Part shown: piece by piece, positions 8,674-16,593 of the stretch
Layout: each line of letters opens with the position of its first letter
Numbering within the stretch: position 1 is the first letter of the stretch
DNA from: Rhodocyclales bacterium
GTDB taxonomy: Bacteria > Pseudomonadota > Gammaproteobacteria > Burkholderiales > Rhodocyclaceae
NCBI GenBank assembly: GCA_016235765.1
Contig: JACRIZ010000008.1
Coordinates: forward strand, 1,838-65,837
Direction: 5' to 3'
Length of the DNA: 64,000 nucleotides
Made by a program: the position numbers and the translations under genes
Notes under the pieces: generated by a model
Seen by the model: the letters and a program-made list of their open reading frames with translations, nothing else
Told to the model about the DNA's origin: nothing
Database searches by the model: none

Positions 8674-9738
8674 ATGGCGATCATGCGCATTCTGCTGCCG
8701 ACCTTGTCGATGCTATCGCTGCTGGCCTGGCCGGCAACGGGCTTCGGTCTGGCCGATGGGCCGGTCAGGACACTACGCGTCCTCGCCTGGCCGGGCTACG
8801 CCGACGCCGAGGTCGTCAAGTCTTTCGAGCAACGCCATGCCGTGCACGTGGACCTGACCCTGGTCGCGACCGACGAAGCGCTGTGGGAAAGGATCAATGG
8901 CAACCAGGGCGGCGATTTCGACGTCTTCGCGGTCAATACCGCGGAGTTGCAACGCTACATCGACCGCAGGCTGGTACAGCCGATCGACGCCGCCGCCATT
9001 CCCAACACGCAGCGCCAACTGCCGCGCTTTCGCAAGGTCGAGGCCATCGCCGGCCTGACCCGCGGCGGCAAGGTCTATGGCGTTCCCTACACCTATGCCG
9101 AGATGGGGCTGATCTACGACCGCAGCCAGTTCGCCCAGCCACCCGACTCGATCGCCGCGTTGTGGGATCCGCGTCTGCGCGGCCGCATCCTGGCCTATGA
9201 CGGCGGCGGCCACAGCTTCTCGCTGGCGGCGATGATACTGGGCAAGGCCTCGCCGTTCCGGATGGCCGAAGCGGACTGGCCGCAGGCGGTGGCGCGCCTG
9301 ATCGCCCTGCGCCGCAACGTGCTCGGCTTCTACGCGCAACCCGACGAAGCGGCCCGCCTGTTCCGCAAGCACCGCGTGGCGCTGCTGTTCGCCAACTACG
9401 GCACGCAGCAGGTGAAGGCGCTCAAGGCCGCGGGCGCGGACATCGGCTACGTGATTCCCAAGGAAGGCGCCCTGGCCTGGCTGGACTGCTGGGTGGTGAC
9501 GCAGGGCACCAAGGACCTTGCGCTGGCCTACGCCTGGATCGACCATCTGCTCGGCGAGCAGGCCAGCGGCCTGCTGGTTGCGCGGCAAGGCCTGGCCAAC
9601 ACGATTGCAGAACCGTCGGGCAGCGGCGCCGCGGACCGCCTGCTCTGGCTGGAGCCGATGGAAAATCCGGGACGCCGCGACAAACTCTGGGCACGCATCA
9701 TGTCCGGCGACTCCGCCGCCAGGGTACTGGGCCCGTGA
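8674..9738 (+). CDS. periplasmic solute-binding protein (PotD/PotF-like, family 1)
   Basis: Signal peptide MAIMRILLPTLSMLSLLAWPATGFG. Followed by LRVLAWPGYAD...FDVFAVN..., typical of polyamine-type binding proteins. Confidence 0.7.
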   Translation: MAIMRILLPTLSMLSLLAWPATGFGLADGPVRTLRVLAWPGYADAEVVKSFEQRHAVHVDLTLVATDEALWERINGNQGGDFDVFAVNTAELQRYIDRRLVQPIDAAAIPNTQRQLPRFRKVEAIAGLTRGGKVYGVPYTYAEMGLIYDRSQFAQPPDSIAALWDPRLRGRILAYDGGGHSFSLAAMILGKASPFRMAEADWPQAVARLIALRRNVLGFYAQPDEAARLFRKHRVALLFANYGTQQVKALKAAGADIGYVIPKEGALAWLDCWVVTQGTKDLALAYAWIDHLLGEQASGLLVARQGLANTIAEPSGSGAADRLLWLEPMENPGRRDKLWARIMSGDSAARVLGP

Positions 9739-11477
9739 AGCTGAAGCTCGCGCAGCGTTTCGCGCTGGTCCTGGCTGCAGTAGGCATCCTGGGCGCGGGA
9801 CTGAGCGGCTACTACGCCTACCATGCCAGCCGCGAACTGCTGCTGCGCGCAGCCGAGGAGCGCCTGCTGACCTCGACGCGGGTCCTGATGCGCCAGGTCG
9901 TCACGGCCTTGCAGAAGGGCAGCCAGGACGTGCTGCTGCTGGCCAGCCATCCGCGCACCGTGGCCGCGCTGACCGCCGCCACGGGGCCGGAGCGCGCTGC
10001 CGCCGAGAACGACATCGCTGCCCTGTTTGTCGCGATGCTCAAGACGCGGCCCGACATCTACCAGTTACGCCTGATTACCGCGGCGGAGCATGGCATGGAG
10101 CGCATCCGCGTTGACCGCGACGAGGCCGGCCTGCTCCGGGTCGGGGGCGACGAGCTCCAGGAGAAGGGCCACTATCCCTATGTCTACGAAACGCTGCGCA
10201 TGCCGCGAGGTTCGGTGTTTGTCTCCAATCCGGTAATCAACCACGAGCGTGGCGCGCATGCCGGCGAAGACAAGCCGTCGGTGCATCTGGCAACGCCCAT
10301 CCATGCCGCGAACGGCGTACCGATCGGGCTGATCGTCCTGAACGCCGACCTCGACTCCGTCTTCCGCATGCTTACCAGCGACCTGCCTGGTGGCATCGGC
10401 CTCTACCTGACCAACGGCCTCGGCGATTTCCTGCTTCATCCCGACGCCAGCCAGGCCTTCGCCTTCGACCGGGGCAAGCGCATCCTGGTCCAGGACCAGT
10501 TCCCGGCCACGGCCCGGCTCTTCGACGGTCAAACCGAACACGTCGTCACGACGGCGACCCCGGATGCCGCCTCGGTCGCAGCCTTCATCAGGCAGCCGCT
10601 CAATCCACCGCAGGACAACGAATCCTTCGTGCTCGGCATGTCGCAGCCGACCGCTGCGGTACTGAGCGACAGCGATGCGCTGGGCACGGCCATCCTGCGC
10701 ATCGTCTTCGCCTTCAGCGTGCTGTCGCTGGTCCTGGCCACGCTGCTGGCGCGGGCGGTGACCGAGCCGCTGAACCAGATGGTGAGTGCGGTGCAGCGCT
10801 TCACCGCCGTCCAGGAGCGCGTGCCGCTGCCGATCGATCGCCAGGACGAAATCGGGGTACTGGCACGCAGTTTCGACGAGATGCAGCAGAAGATCGAGAT
10901 GCAGATGGGCACGCTGCAGGCCAAGCAGCGCGAACTCGACCATCTGGCCAGCCACGATCCCCTGACCGGCCTGCCCAACCGGCGCGTCTTCCTGGACCGC
11001 GTCGAGCATGCGCTGGCCCGCGCCCAACGCACCGAATCGCGCGTGGCGATCCTGTTCATCGACCTCGACCACTTCAAGGAAATCAACGACAACCTCGGCC
11101 ACGCGGTTGGCGACCTGATGCTGCTCGCAGTCGCCGACCGGCTGCGCACCACGGTGCGCGCCGCCGACACCGTGGCACGCCTGGGCGGCGACGAATTCAT
11201 CATCCTCGTCGAAGATGTCGAGAGCCTGGACGCCGTTGCCATGGTGGCCCGGAAGATCATCGAGGCGCTGGCCCACCCGGTCTGGTATCAGGACCAATCG
11301 CTGGCCGTCGGCGCCAGCATCGGCATCGCCATCTTCCCGCAGGACGGAGCCAGCACGACCGAGGTTATCGCCCGCGCGGACCAGGCGATGTACCGCGCCA
11401 AGCTTGCCGGCCGCAATCGCTACTGTCTCGCCTCGGAAGCCTCGGGAGACACCCACACGATCCCGCTCGACCTTTGA
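9735..11477 (+). CDS. membrane sensor diguanylate cyclase (periplasmic Cache-like domain, HAMP, GGDEF)
   Basis: GTG start overlaps the upstream TGA (GTGA). N-terminal TM helix, about 300-aa periplasmic domain, second TM helix. HAMP (PLNQMVSAVQRF...DEIGVLARSFDEM), then GGDEF (DPLTGLPNRR, RLGGDEFIILV). Confidence 0.85.
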   Translation: MKLKLAQRFALVLAAVGILGAGLSGYYAYHASRELLLRAAEERLLTSTRVLMRQVVTALQKGSQDVLLLASHPRTVAALTAATGPERAAAENDIAALFVAMLKTRPDIYQLRLITAAEHGMERIRVDRDEAGLLRVGGDELQEKGHYPYVYETLRMPRGSVFVSNPVINHERGAHAGEDKPSVHLATPIHAANGVPIGLIVLNADLDSVFRMLTSDLPGGIGLYLTNGLGDFLLHPDASQAFAFDRGKRILVQDQFPATARLFDGQTEHVVTTATPDAASVAAFIRQPLNPPQDNESFVLGMSQPTAAVLSDSDALGTAILRIVFAFSVLSLVLATLLARAVTEPLNQMVSAVQRFTAVQERVPLPIDRQDEIGVLARSFDEMQQKIEMQMGTLQAKQRELDHLASHDPLTGLPNRRVFLDRVEHALARAQRTESRVAILFIDLDHFKEINDNLGHAVGDLMLLAVADRLRTTVRAADTVARLGGDEFIILVEDVESLDAVAMVARKIIEALAHPVWYQDQSLAVGASIGIAIFPQDGASTTEVIARADQAMYRAKLAGRNRYCLASEASGDTHTIPLDL

Positions 11478-11492
11478 CCCTGGGGTCGCGCG

Positions 11493-11975
11493 TCAGTCCT
11501 TCTTCAGGTTGAACTTGTGCGCGACGTAGGTCTGCGACCCCGTCGGCGGCGGCGGATACCTGATGTCCCTCAGCGCTTTCGCGACGGCTTCGGACAGATC
11601 CTGGTCTTCGAAGTCGCTGTGGATGATCGCCGCTTCCGCCACCCGGCCGTCCGGGTCGATCTGCCAGTCCGCTTCGATGGCGCCCTCGGTCCTGGCCGGA
11701 TGCTTTGCCAGATAGGCGATCCACGCCGCCTGTATTCCGGCGGCGTGCTTGCGCAAGGTGTTTTTCACCGCCTCGTCACGATAGGGATCGGCGCCGGCAC
11801 GCGCTCCGCGCTGCGCGGGAGCGGCCGCGACTTTCGACATCAGCATCGCGACCTGTTCGTCGGTACGCTGTTGCGCGAAGTAGAACCAGCCCCAGGAGGC
11901 GATCAGCGTCGCCGCCAGGGCAGCGATGACTGCCGCCTGGGTTGTGCTCTGTCGCTCAGCGATATCTGAACACAT
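11493..11975 (-). CDS. membrane-anchored TonB-C/AgmX-like domain protein
   Basis: One TM helix (AAVIAALAATLIASWGWFYF). The C-terminal domain (GAIEADWQIDPDGRVAEAAIIHS...IRYPPPPTGSQTYVAHKFNL) resembles a TonB/AgmX C-terminal fold. Overlaps the upstream gene's stop by 20 nt. Confidence 0.55.
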   Translation of the reverse strand: MCSDIAERQSTTQAAVIAALAATLIASWGWFYFAQQRTDEQVAMLMSKVAAAPAQRGARAGADPYRDEAVKNTLRKHAAGIQAAWIAYLAKHPARTEGAIEADWQIDPDGRVAEAAIIHSDFEDQDLSEAVAKALRDIRYPPPPTGSQTYVAHKFNLKKD

Positions 11976-13554
11976 AGGTCGCGCCGGAGTTCAGGGCCGA
12001 ATTGTCGGCGCTGGCCGTCGTGCCGTTGGTGACGGATGTCTGGCTGCTCGATTCGCGCTGTGCACCCGCGACCACGGAGGTGCCGCTCACTGCCACGCTG
12101 ATGCCGAAATAGTCGTCGGATTCGGCATTCGGCGCCTTCAGGTAGGCCTGTCGTGCCCAGGTCGTGCCGGTACGCTTGAAGACGTAGGCCGCTCCGGCCG
12201 AGGCAGCGGAATTGTCGCTGCTGCCGCTCGTACCGTTGATGACGGTCGTGCGGTTGCTCGATTCATGCGGGGCCCCTACCACGGCAATGTCGCCTGACAG
12301 AGCAACGCTTGCGCCGAAGAAGTCGCCAGCCTCGGCGTTCGGCGCCTTCAGGTAGGCTTCCTGCGCCCAGGTCGTGCCGGTGCGCTTGAAGACATAGGCC
12401 GCACCGGCCTCCAGGGCGGAGTTGTTGCCGCTGGCGGTCGTGCCGTTGGTTGGCGTCGTCTGGCTGCTTGCTTCGCCGGACGCACCCACGACGATCGTTT
12501 CGCCATTGATGGCGACGCTCTCGCCAAAGTGATCGCCGGCCCCGGCGTTGGGCGCCTTCAGGTAGGCCTCCTGCGCCCAGGTCGTGCCGCTACGCTTGAA
12601 AACGTAGGCCGCGCCCGCGGCGGCCGCAGAGTCGTCGGCACTGGCGGTCGTGCCGTTGGTGATCGTCGTCTGATTGCTGGCCTCGCCTTTCGCGCCGACC
12701 ACCACGGTATCGCCGTGGATCGCAACGCTGAAGCCGAACTCGTCGTTCGCCCCGGCGTTCGCTGCCTTCAGGTAGGCCTGTTGCGCCCACGCCGTGCCCG
12801 TGCGCTTGAAGACGTAAGCCGCGCCGGCCTGCGCAGCGGAGTTGTCGGCGCTGGCGGTCGTTCCGTTGGTGATGGTCGTCTGGTTGCTGGCTTCGGAATG
12901 CGCCCCGACCACCACCGTATCGCCCGCCACCGCGACGCTGTAGCCGAAGTCGTCGCCGGCCCCGGCATTCGGCGCCTTCAGGTAGGCCTCCTGTGCCCAG
13001 GTGGTGCCGGTACGCTTGTAGACGTAGGCGGCACCGGCAGAGGCCGCGGAATTGTCCGCGCTGGCCGCGGCGCCGTTGGTGATCGTCGTCTGGTTGCTGG
13101 ACTCGCCGGAAGCGCCGACCACGACGGTGTCCCCATTGACGGCGACGCTCTCGCCGAAGAAATCGCCGCCCCCCGAATTGGGCGCCTTCAGGAAGGCCTC
13201 CTGCACCCAGCTCGTCCCGCTGCGCCGGAACACATAGACAGCGCCAGCCCAGGCGACGGAATTGTCGGCGCTGGCCGTGCTGCCATTGGTGATCGTCGTC
13301 TGGTTGCTGGCTTCACCCAGCGCGCCGACGACCATCGTATCGCCGTCGATCGCGACCGAGTAGCCGAGTTGATCGGTCGCGCCCGCATTCGGCGCCTTGA
13401 CGTAGGCTTCCTGCCCCCAAACGAGCGCGGCCGCAGGAGTGGATGTAGTCGCTCCGCCGCTTACCCCTCCGCCACCACCACCACCGCCACCGCAACCTGC
13501 CACAACGGCAACGGACAGCACCCCGGCAATAGTCCTGCAAACGCTCTTAGGCAT
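11956..13554 (-). CDS. FG-GAP-like seven-repeat beta-propeller lipoprotein
   Basis: ATG at 13554 (MPKSVCRTIAGVLSVAVVAGC, a lipobox) followed by a poly-Gly linker. Then six 70-aa repeats plus one 63-aa repeat of AYLKAPNAGAGDxFGxSVAxxGDTVVVGAxxEASNQTTITNGTTASADNSAAxAGAAYVFKRTGTTWAQE. Confidence 0.8.
   Translation of the reverse strand: MPKSVCRTIAGVLSVAVVAGCGGGGGGGGGVSGGATTSTPAAALVWGQEAYVKAPNAGATDQLGYSVAIDGDTMVVGALGEASNQTTITNGSTASADNSVAWAGAVYVFRRSGTSWVQEAFLKAPNSGGGDFFGESVAVNGDTVVVGASGESSNQTTITNGAAASADNSAASAGAAYVYKRTGTTWAQEAYLKAPNAGAGDDFGYSVAVAGDTVVVGAHSEASNQTTITNGTTASADNSAAQAGAAYVFKRTGTAWAQQAYLKAANAGANDEFGFSVAIHGDTVVVGAKGEASNQTTITNGTTASADDSAAAAGAAYVFKRSGTTWAQEAYLKAPNAGAGDHFGESVAINGETIVVGASGEASSQTTPTNGTTASGNNSALEAGAAYVFKRTGTTWAQEAYLKAPNAEAGDFFGASVALSGDIAVVGAPHESSNRTTVINGTSGSSDNSAASAGAAYVFKRTGTTWARQAYLKAPNAESDDYFGISVAVSGTSVVAGAQRESSSQTSVTNGTTASADNSALNSGATYVFRYR
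11959..13406 (-). repeat. seven in-frame tandem DNA repeats with exact 210-bp period
   Basis: The marker GGCGCCTTCAGGTAGGC or a close variant recurs at 12131, 12341, 12551, 12761, 12971, 13181 and 13391. Spacing is exactly 210 bp each time. Confidence 0.85.
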
Positions 13555-13650
13555 GATGCCCCCAAAAAGTAGTACGACATGAGTGCAGCGGAAAATACCA
13601 GCGAATGAAATATGGCTATGCCAGTTGCCAAATGACGACACCCCGGGATC

Positions 13651-13666
13651 TGTCGCAAACACGACA
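13651..13666. promoter_or_regulatory. NifA upstream activator sequence (TGT-N10-ACA)
   Basis: TGTCGCAAACACGACA. Near-identical to the UAS copies upstream of nifV (TGTCGCAAACCCGACA) and rnf (TGTAGCAAACGCGACA) in this window. Confidence 0.65.
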
Positions 13667-13705
13667 TCGCCACGCATACCCCACGCTCCGATGCGGCTTT
13701 CAGCC

Positions 13706-13721
13706 CGGCCCGGTTCTTGCC
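13706..13721 (+). promoter_or_regulatory. sigma54 (-24/-12) promoter candidate for the SIR2-like/hemerythrin operon
   Basis: CGGCCC-GGTTC-TTGCC has GG and GC at the canonical 12-nt register. Predicted +1 is about 13732, leaving a 20-nt leader with AGGAGA before ATG 13752. Confidence 0.55.
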
Positions 13722-13751
13722 TGTAGTCATTCAGACTTACAGGAGACAACC

Positions 13752-14603
13752 ATGATTAGCTCCAAATTCCGAACAGAGATGCTGGCCGGCCTCAAGGACG
13801 GCAGCGTGGTGCCCTACCTCGGTCCCGGCGTTCTGGCCGACGTCCGCCACGCCGAAACGGGCGCGGCGATGCCCATCACCAGCGACGAACTGATCATCGC
13901 CATGAACGGCGGCAAGCCGATGTCGCCCAAGCTCATGTACGAGTTCCCGCGTGCGGCGATGAACATCGAACTGAAGCGAGGTCGCTCGGCCGTCACCAAA
14001 TTCCTCGACGCCACCTACAACGCGCCTTGGACCCGCAGCGCCGTGCATGACTGGCTGAAGGCCATCCGGCCCGCCTACGTGATCGACATCAACCGCGACA
14101 CGCAGTTGCTCGATTCCTACGCCGACGTGCCGCACACCCTGGTGCTCGGCTGCGCCCGCATCGGCGGCACCGACTTCCGCTTCAAGCTCTTCGCCTGGGA
14201 CGGCATGCACTACAGCGCCATCGCCCCCGGCCAGGCCGCCCTGGGCCTGCCGCTGCTGTTCAAGCCGATGGGTGCGCCCAAACCTGAATCGACCTACATC
14301 GCCTCCGACGCCGACTACGTCGACTACATCACCGAACTGATGGGCGGCTTCGCCGTGCCGGCCTACGTCAAACAGTTGCGGAGCGACAAGCGCTACCTCT
14401 TCCTCGGCATGCGCTTCAACCGCGACAGCGAGCGCATGGTGATGTCCGACATCATCTACAGCGCCGCCGCCGGCCCGGCCGGCTGGGCGCTGATCGAGAG
14501 TCCGACCGCCAAGGAGCAGCGCTTCCTGGCCAAGATGGGCATCGTGATCGTCGAAGGCAGCGTCGCCGAACTGATGGGCGCGGAGGAGGCCGTGACATGC
14601 TGA
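13752..14603 (+). CDS. SIR2-like (SIR2_2-type) domain protein
   Basis: ATG at 13752 after AGGAGA. Motif order recalls the SIR2_2 family: GSVVPYLGPGV (N-terminal Gly-rich loop), YVIDINRDTQLLDSY (compare TTNYD..LE), LLFKPMGAP....YIASDADYVDYI (compare KLHGS...DY) and KRYLFLGMRFNRDSERMVMSDI (compare lFlGySl.D). The assignment is from memory of family motifs, not a search. Confidence 0.55.
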   Translation: MISSKFRTEMLAGLKDGSVVPYLGPGVLADVRHAETGAAMPITSDELIIAMNGGKPMSPKLMYEFPRAAMNIELKRGRSAVTKFLDATYNAPWTRSAVHDWLKAIRPAYVIDINRDTQLLDSYADVPHTLVLGCARIGGTDFRFKLFAWDGMHYSAIAPGQAALGLPLLFKPMGAPKPESTYIASDADYVDYITELMGGFAVPAYVKQLRSDKRYLFLGMRFNRDSERMVMSDIIYSAAAGPAGWALIESPTAKEQRFLAKMGIVIVEGSVAELMGAEEAVTC

Positions 14604-14986
14604 ACTGGAAACCCGAACTGCACGCCGTCGGCGTCGCCGACATGGACGCCACCCACGAGCAATTCGTCGAGGAACTGGCGATACTGACCAAGGCCGGCGA
14701 CGAAGACTTCCCCCACCTCTTCCACGCGCTGGCGCTGCACACCCGCACCCACTTCGAGAACGAAGGCCGCCTGATGCGCGCCTGCCGCTTCCCCGCCATC
14801 GGCGAACACGAAAGCGACCACCAGCGCATCCTCGGCGAACTCGCCCAGATCGGCCGCGGCGTCGCCAAAGGCCGCCTTGGCCTAGCCCGCGCCTACGTCG
14901 CCGTCGGCCTGCCCGACTGGTTCAGGACGCACCTGGCGACCATGGACAGCGCGCTGGCTGCGCGGCTGAAGGCGACCCAGACCTGA
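14597..14986 (+). CDS. hemerythrin-like metal-binding protein
   Basis: WKPELHAVGVADMDATHEQFVEE, HTRTHFENE, HESDHQRIL and WFRTHLATMD match the H/HxxxE/HxxxH/HxxxxD ligand pattern. The ATG overlaps the upstream stop by 7 nt. Confidence 0.8.
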   Translation: MLNWKPELHAVGVADMDATHEQFVEELAILTKAGDEDFPHLFHALALHTRTHFENEGRLMRACRFPAIGEHESDHQRILGELAQIGRGVAKGRLGLARAYVAVGLPDWFRTHLATMDSALAARLKATQT

Positions 14987-15009
14987 AAAGTCAGTCGTGG
15001 TGGCACGCC
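14987..15009 (-). repeat. 23-nt motif copy i (22/23)
   Basis: Reverse complement is GGCGTGCCACCACGACTGACTTT. Fills most of the 30-nt hemerythrin/draG convergent spacer. Confidence 0.85.
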
Positions 15010-15016
15010 ACCTGCG

Positions 15017-15934
15017 TCAGGCGGAGGTCAGCGCAACAAGCTTCCGCGCCTGCGTGGCGCAGGCTTCGCGGGCGACCGGGTCGAGGGCCTTGAGCCAGCG
15101 GGCCGGGAGCGCGTCGTGGCCGTAGATGGCGCCGGCGAGCATGCCGGCGATGGCGCCGGTGGTGTCGGCATCGCCGCCGCGATTGACGACGTCGATCAGG
15201 CATTTCTCGAAGCTGTCGGTCAGCAGCAGCGACTGCAGGACGGCCTGCATGGTCTCGACGACCCAGCCGCTCGGGTTCTCGCGCCGCCGCGTGCGGTAGG
15301 CGAAGACGGGACTCTTCTGGACGAAGGGCTGGATGCCGCGCCGATAGACGCCGCGCAGGGCGCCGCCGTGCAGGCCTTCCTGCACGGCCAGCGCCAGGAA
15401 TTCGGCGGCGGCATCGGAATCCGGGTTGTTGTGTGTCACGTGCGCCTGGGCACGCACGGCGGCACGCACCGCGGCGTCAGGCTGCCCCAGCGTCGCCAGC
15501 GCCACGGGCAGCACGCGCATGGCGGCGCCGTTGCCGGCATCGTGTTCGGAGGGCGGCGCGACCGGCTCGCCGCTGCGGCGGAAGGCAACGAGATTTCTGC
15601 GTACCGTATTGCCGATGTCCACCGGCTTGGCGCGCATCCAGCCGTCGAAGGCCATCGCGCAGGACAATGGCTCGACGCGCCCGCCGTCGGCGAGGATCGC
15701 CTCGCCGAGCGACAGGCTCATGGTCGTATCGTCGGTGACCGAACCGGGGCGCAGGCGCAGCCAGCCGCCGCCGCGGATCTCCTTGTGGACGCCATACTTG
15801 TCCCGGATCTCGCGCGGCGTCATGAACTCGACCGTGGCGCCGAGGGCATCGCCCAGCGCCAGGCCGAGGTAGGCCGCCTCGGCCCGCTCGGCGAGCGCTT
15901 TATCGACTGGGGTACTCGACGAGGATGTCCTCAT
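15017..15934 (-). CDS. draG: ADP-ribosyl-[dinitrogen reductase] glycohydrolase DraG (ADP-ribosylglycohydrolase family)
   Basis: AYLGLALGDALGATVEFM, GSVTDDTTMSLSL, GGDADTTGAIAGMLAGAIYG. Last gene of the nifB-side minus-strand block. Confidence 0.8.
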   Translation of the reverse strand: MRTSSSSTPVDKALAERAEAAYLGLALGDALGATVEFMTPREIRDKYGVHKEIRGGGWLRLRPGSVTDDTTMSLSLGEAILADGGRVEPLSCAMAFDGWMRAKPVDIGNTVRRNLVAFRRSGEPVAPPSEHDAGNGAAMRVLPVALATLGQPDAAVRAAVRAQAHVTHNNPDSDAAAEFLALAVQEGLHGGALRGVYRRGIQPFVQKSPVFAYRTRRRENPSGWVVETMQAVLQSLLLTDSFEKCLIDVVNRGGDADTTGAIAGMLAGAIYGHDALPARWLKALDPVAREACATQARKLVALTSA

Positions 15935-16262
15935 CGCGGATGACCATCTGGCAGGCGAGCCGCCATTCGTTGGGCGGGAAGTCGTCGACCATCATCTGGT
16001 CGATCTGCTTCTGCGTGATCTTGCCCATTTCCTTGAGCACCTTCTGTTCGCGCTCGTTGAGCGGGTTGCCGAGGCGCGGCTTGTTGCGGTCGATCACCGT
16101 GACCTTGACCAGGCAGGTGCCGCATTCGCCGTCGCCGCAGGAGAAGTCGATCGGGATGTGGTTGTCCTTGGCGATCTGCAGGATGGTCTGCGTGAGGCTG
16201 CCGGCCACGGCATAGACGGTCTTGTCCTTGTGCAAGGGACTGGAAAAGGTAACGAGGGCCAT
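15900..16262 (-). CDS. [2Fe-2S] ferredoxin (plant-type Cys pattern)
   Basis: SCGDGECGTCLVKV ... LACQMVI. 120 aa. The 3' end overlaps the draG start by 35 nt. Confidence 0.75.
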   Translation of the reverse strand: MALVTFSSPLHKDKTVYAVAGSLTQTILQIAKDNHIPIDFSCGDGECGTCLVKVTVIDRNKPRLGNPLNEREQKVLKEMGKITQKQIDQMMVDDFPPNEWRLACQMVIRDEDILVEYPSR

Positions 16263-16292
16263 ACGGTGCTCCTGTAAGTTGATTGGAATTCG

Positions 16293-16580
16293 TTAAGCGG
16301 GCTTGACGACGATCTCGCCGCCCAGCACCTGCGCCTGGCAGGCGAGGCGGTGCAGCCGGGGCGCCATGTTGTCCTTCAGCACCTGCTCCTCCAGGACGGA
16401 AGGCGCGGCGAGATGCTCGGCACCGGAGACGACCTTGGTCAGGCAGGTGCAGCACTCGCCTTCCCGGCAGCCGTAGGTGATGCCGGCGCCGACTTTCTCG
16501 GAGACTTCGATCAGGCGCGTGCCGGCCGGCACGGTGACGGTGACGCCGACGTCCTGGAATGTGACTTTCGCCTTGGGCAT
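16293..16580 (-). CDS. [2Fe-2S] ferredoxin
   Basis: 95 aa with GCREGECCTCLTKV ... LACQAQV. Confidence 0.75.
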   Translation of the reverse strand: MPKAKVTFQDVGVTVTVPAGTRLIEVSEKVGAGITYGCREGECCTCLTKVVSGAEHLAAPSVLEEQVLKDNMAPRLHRLACQAQVLGGEIVVKPA

Positions 16581-16593
16581 TTCGATCTTCCTT

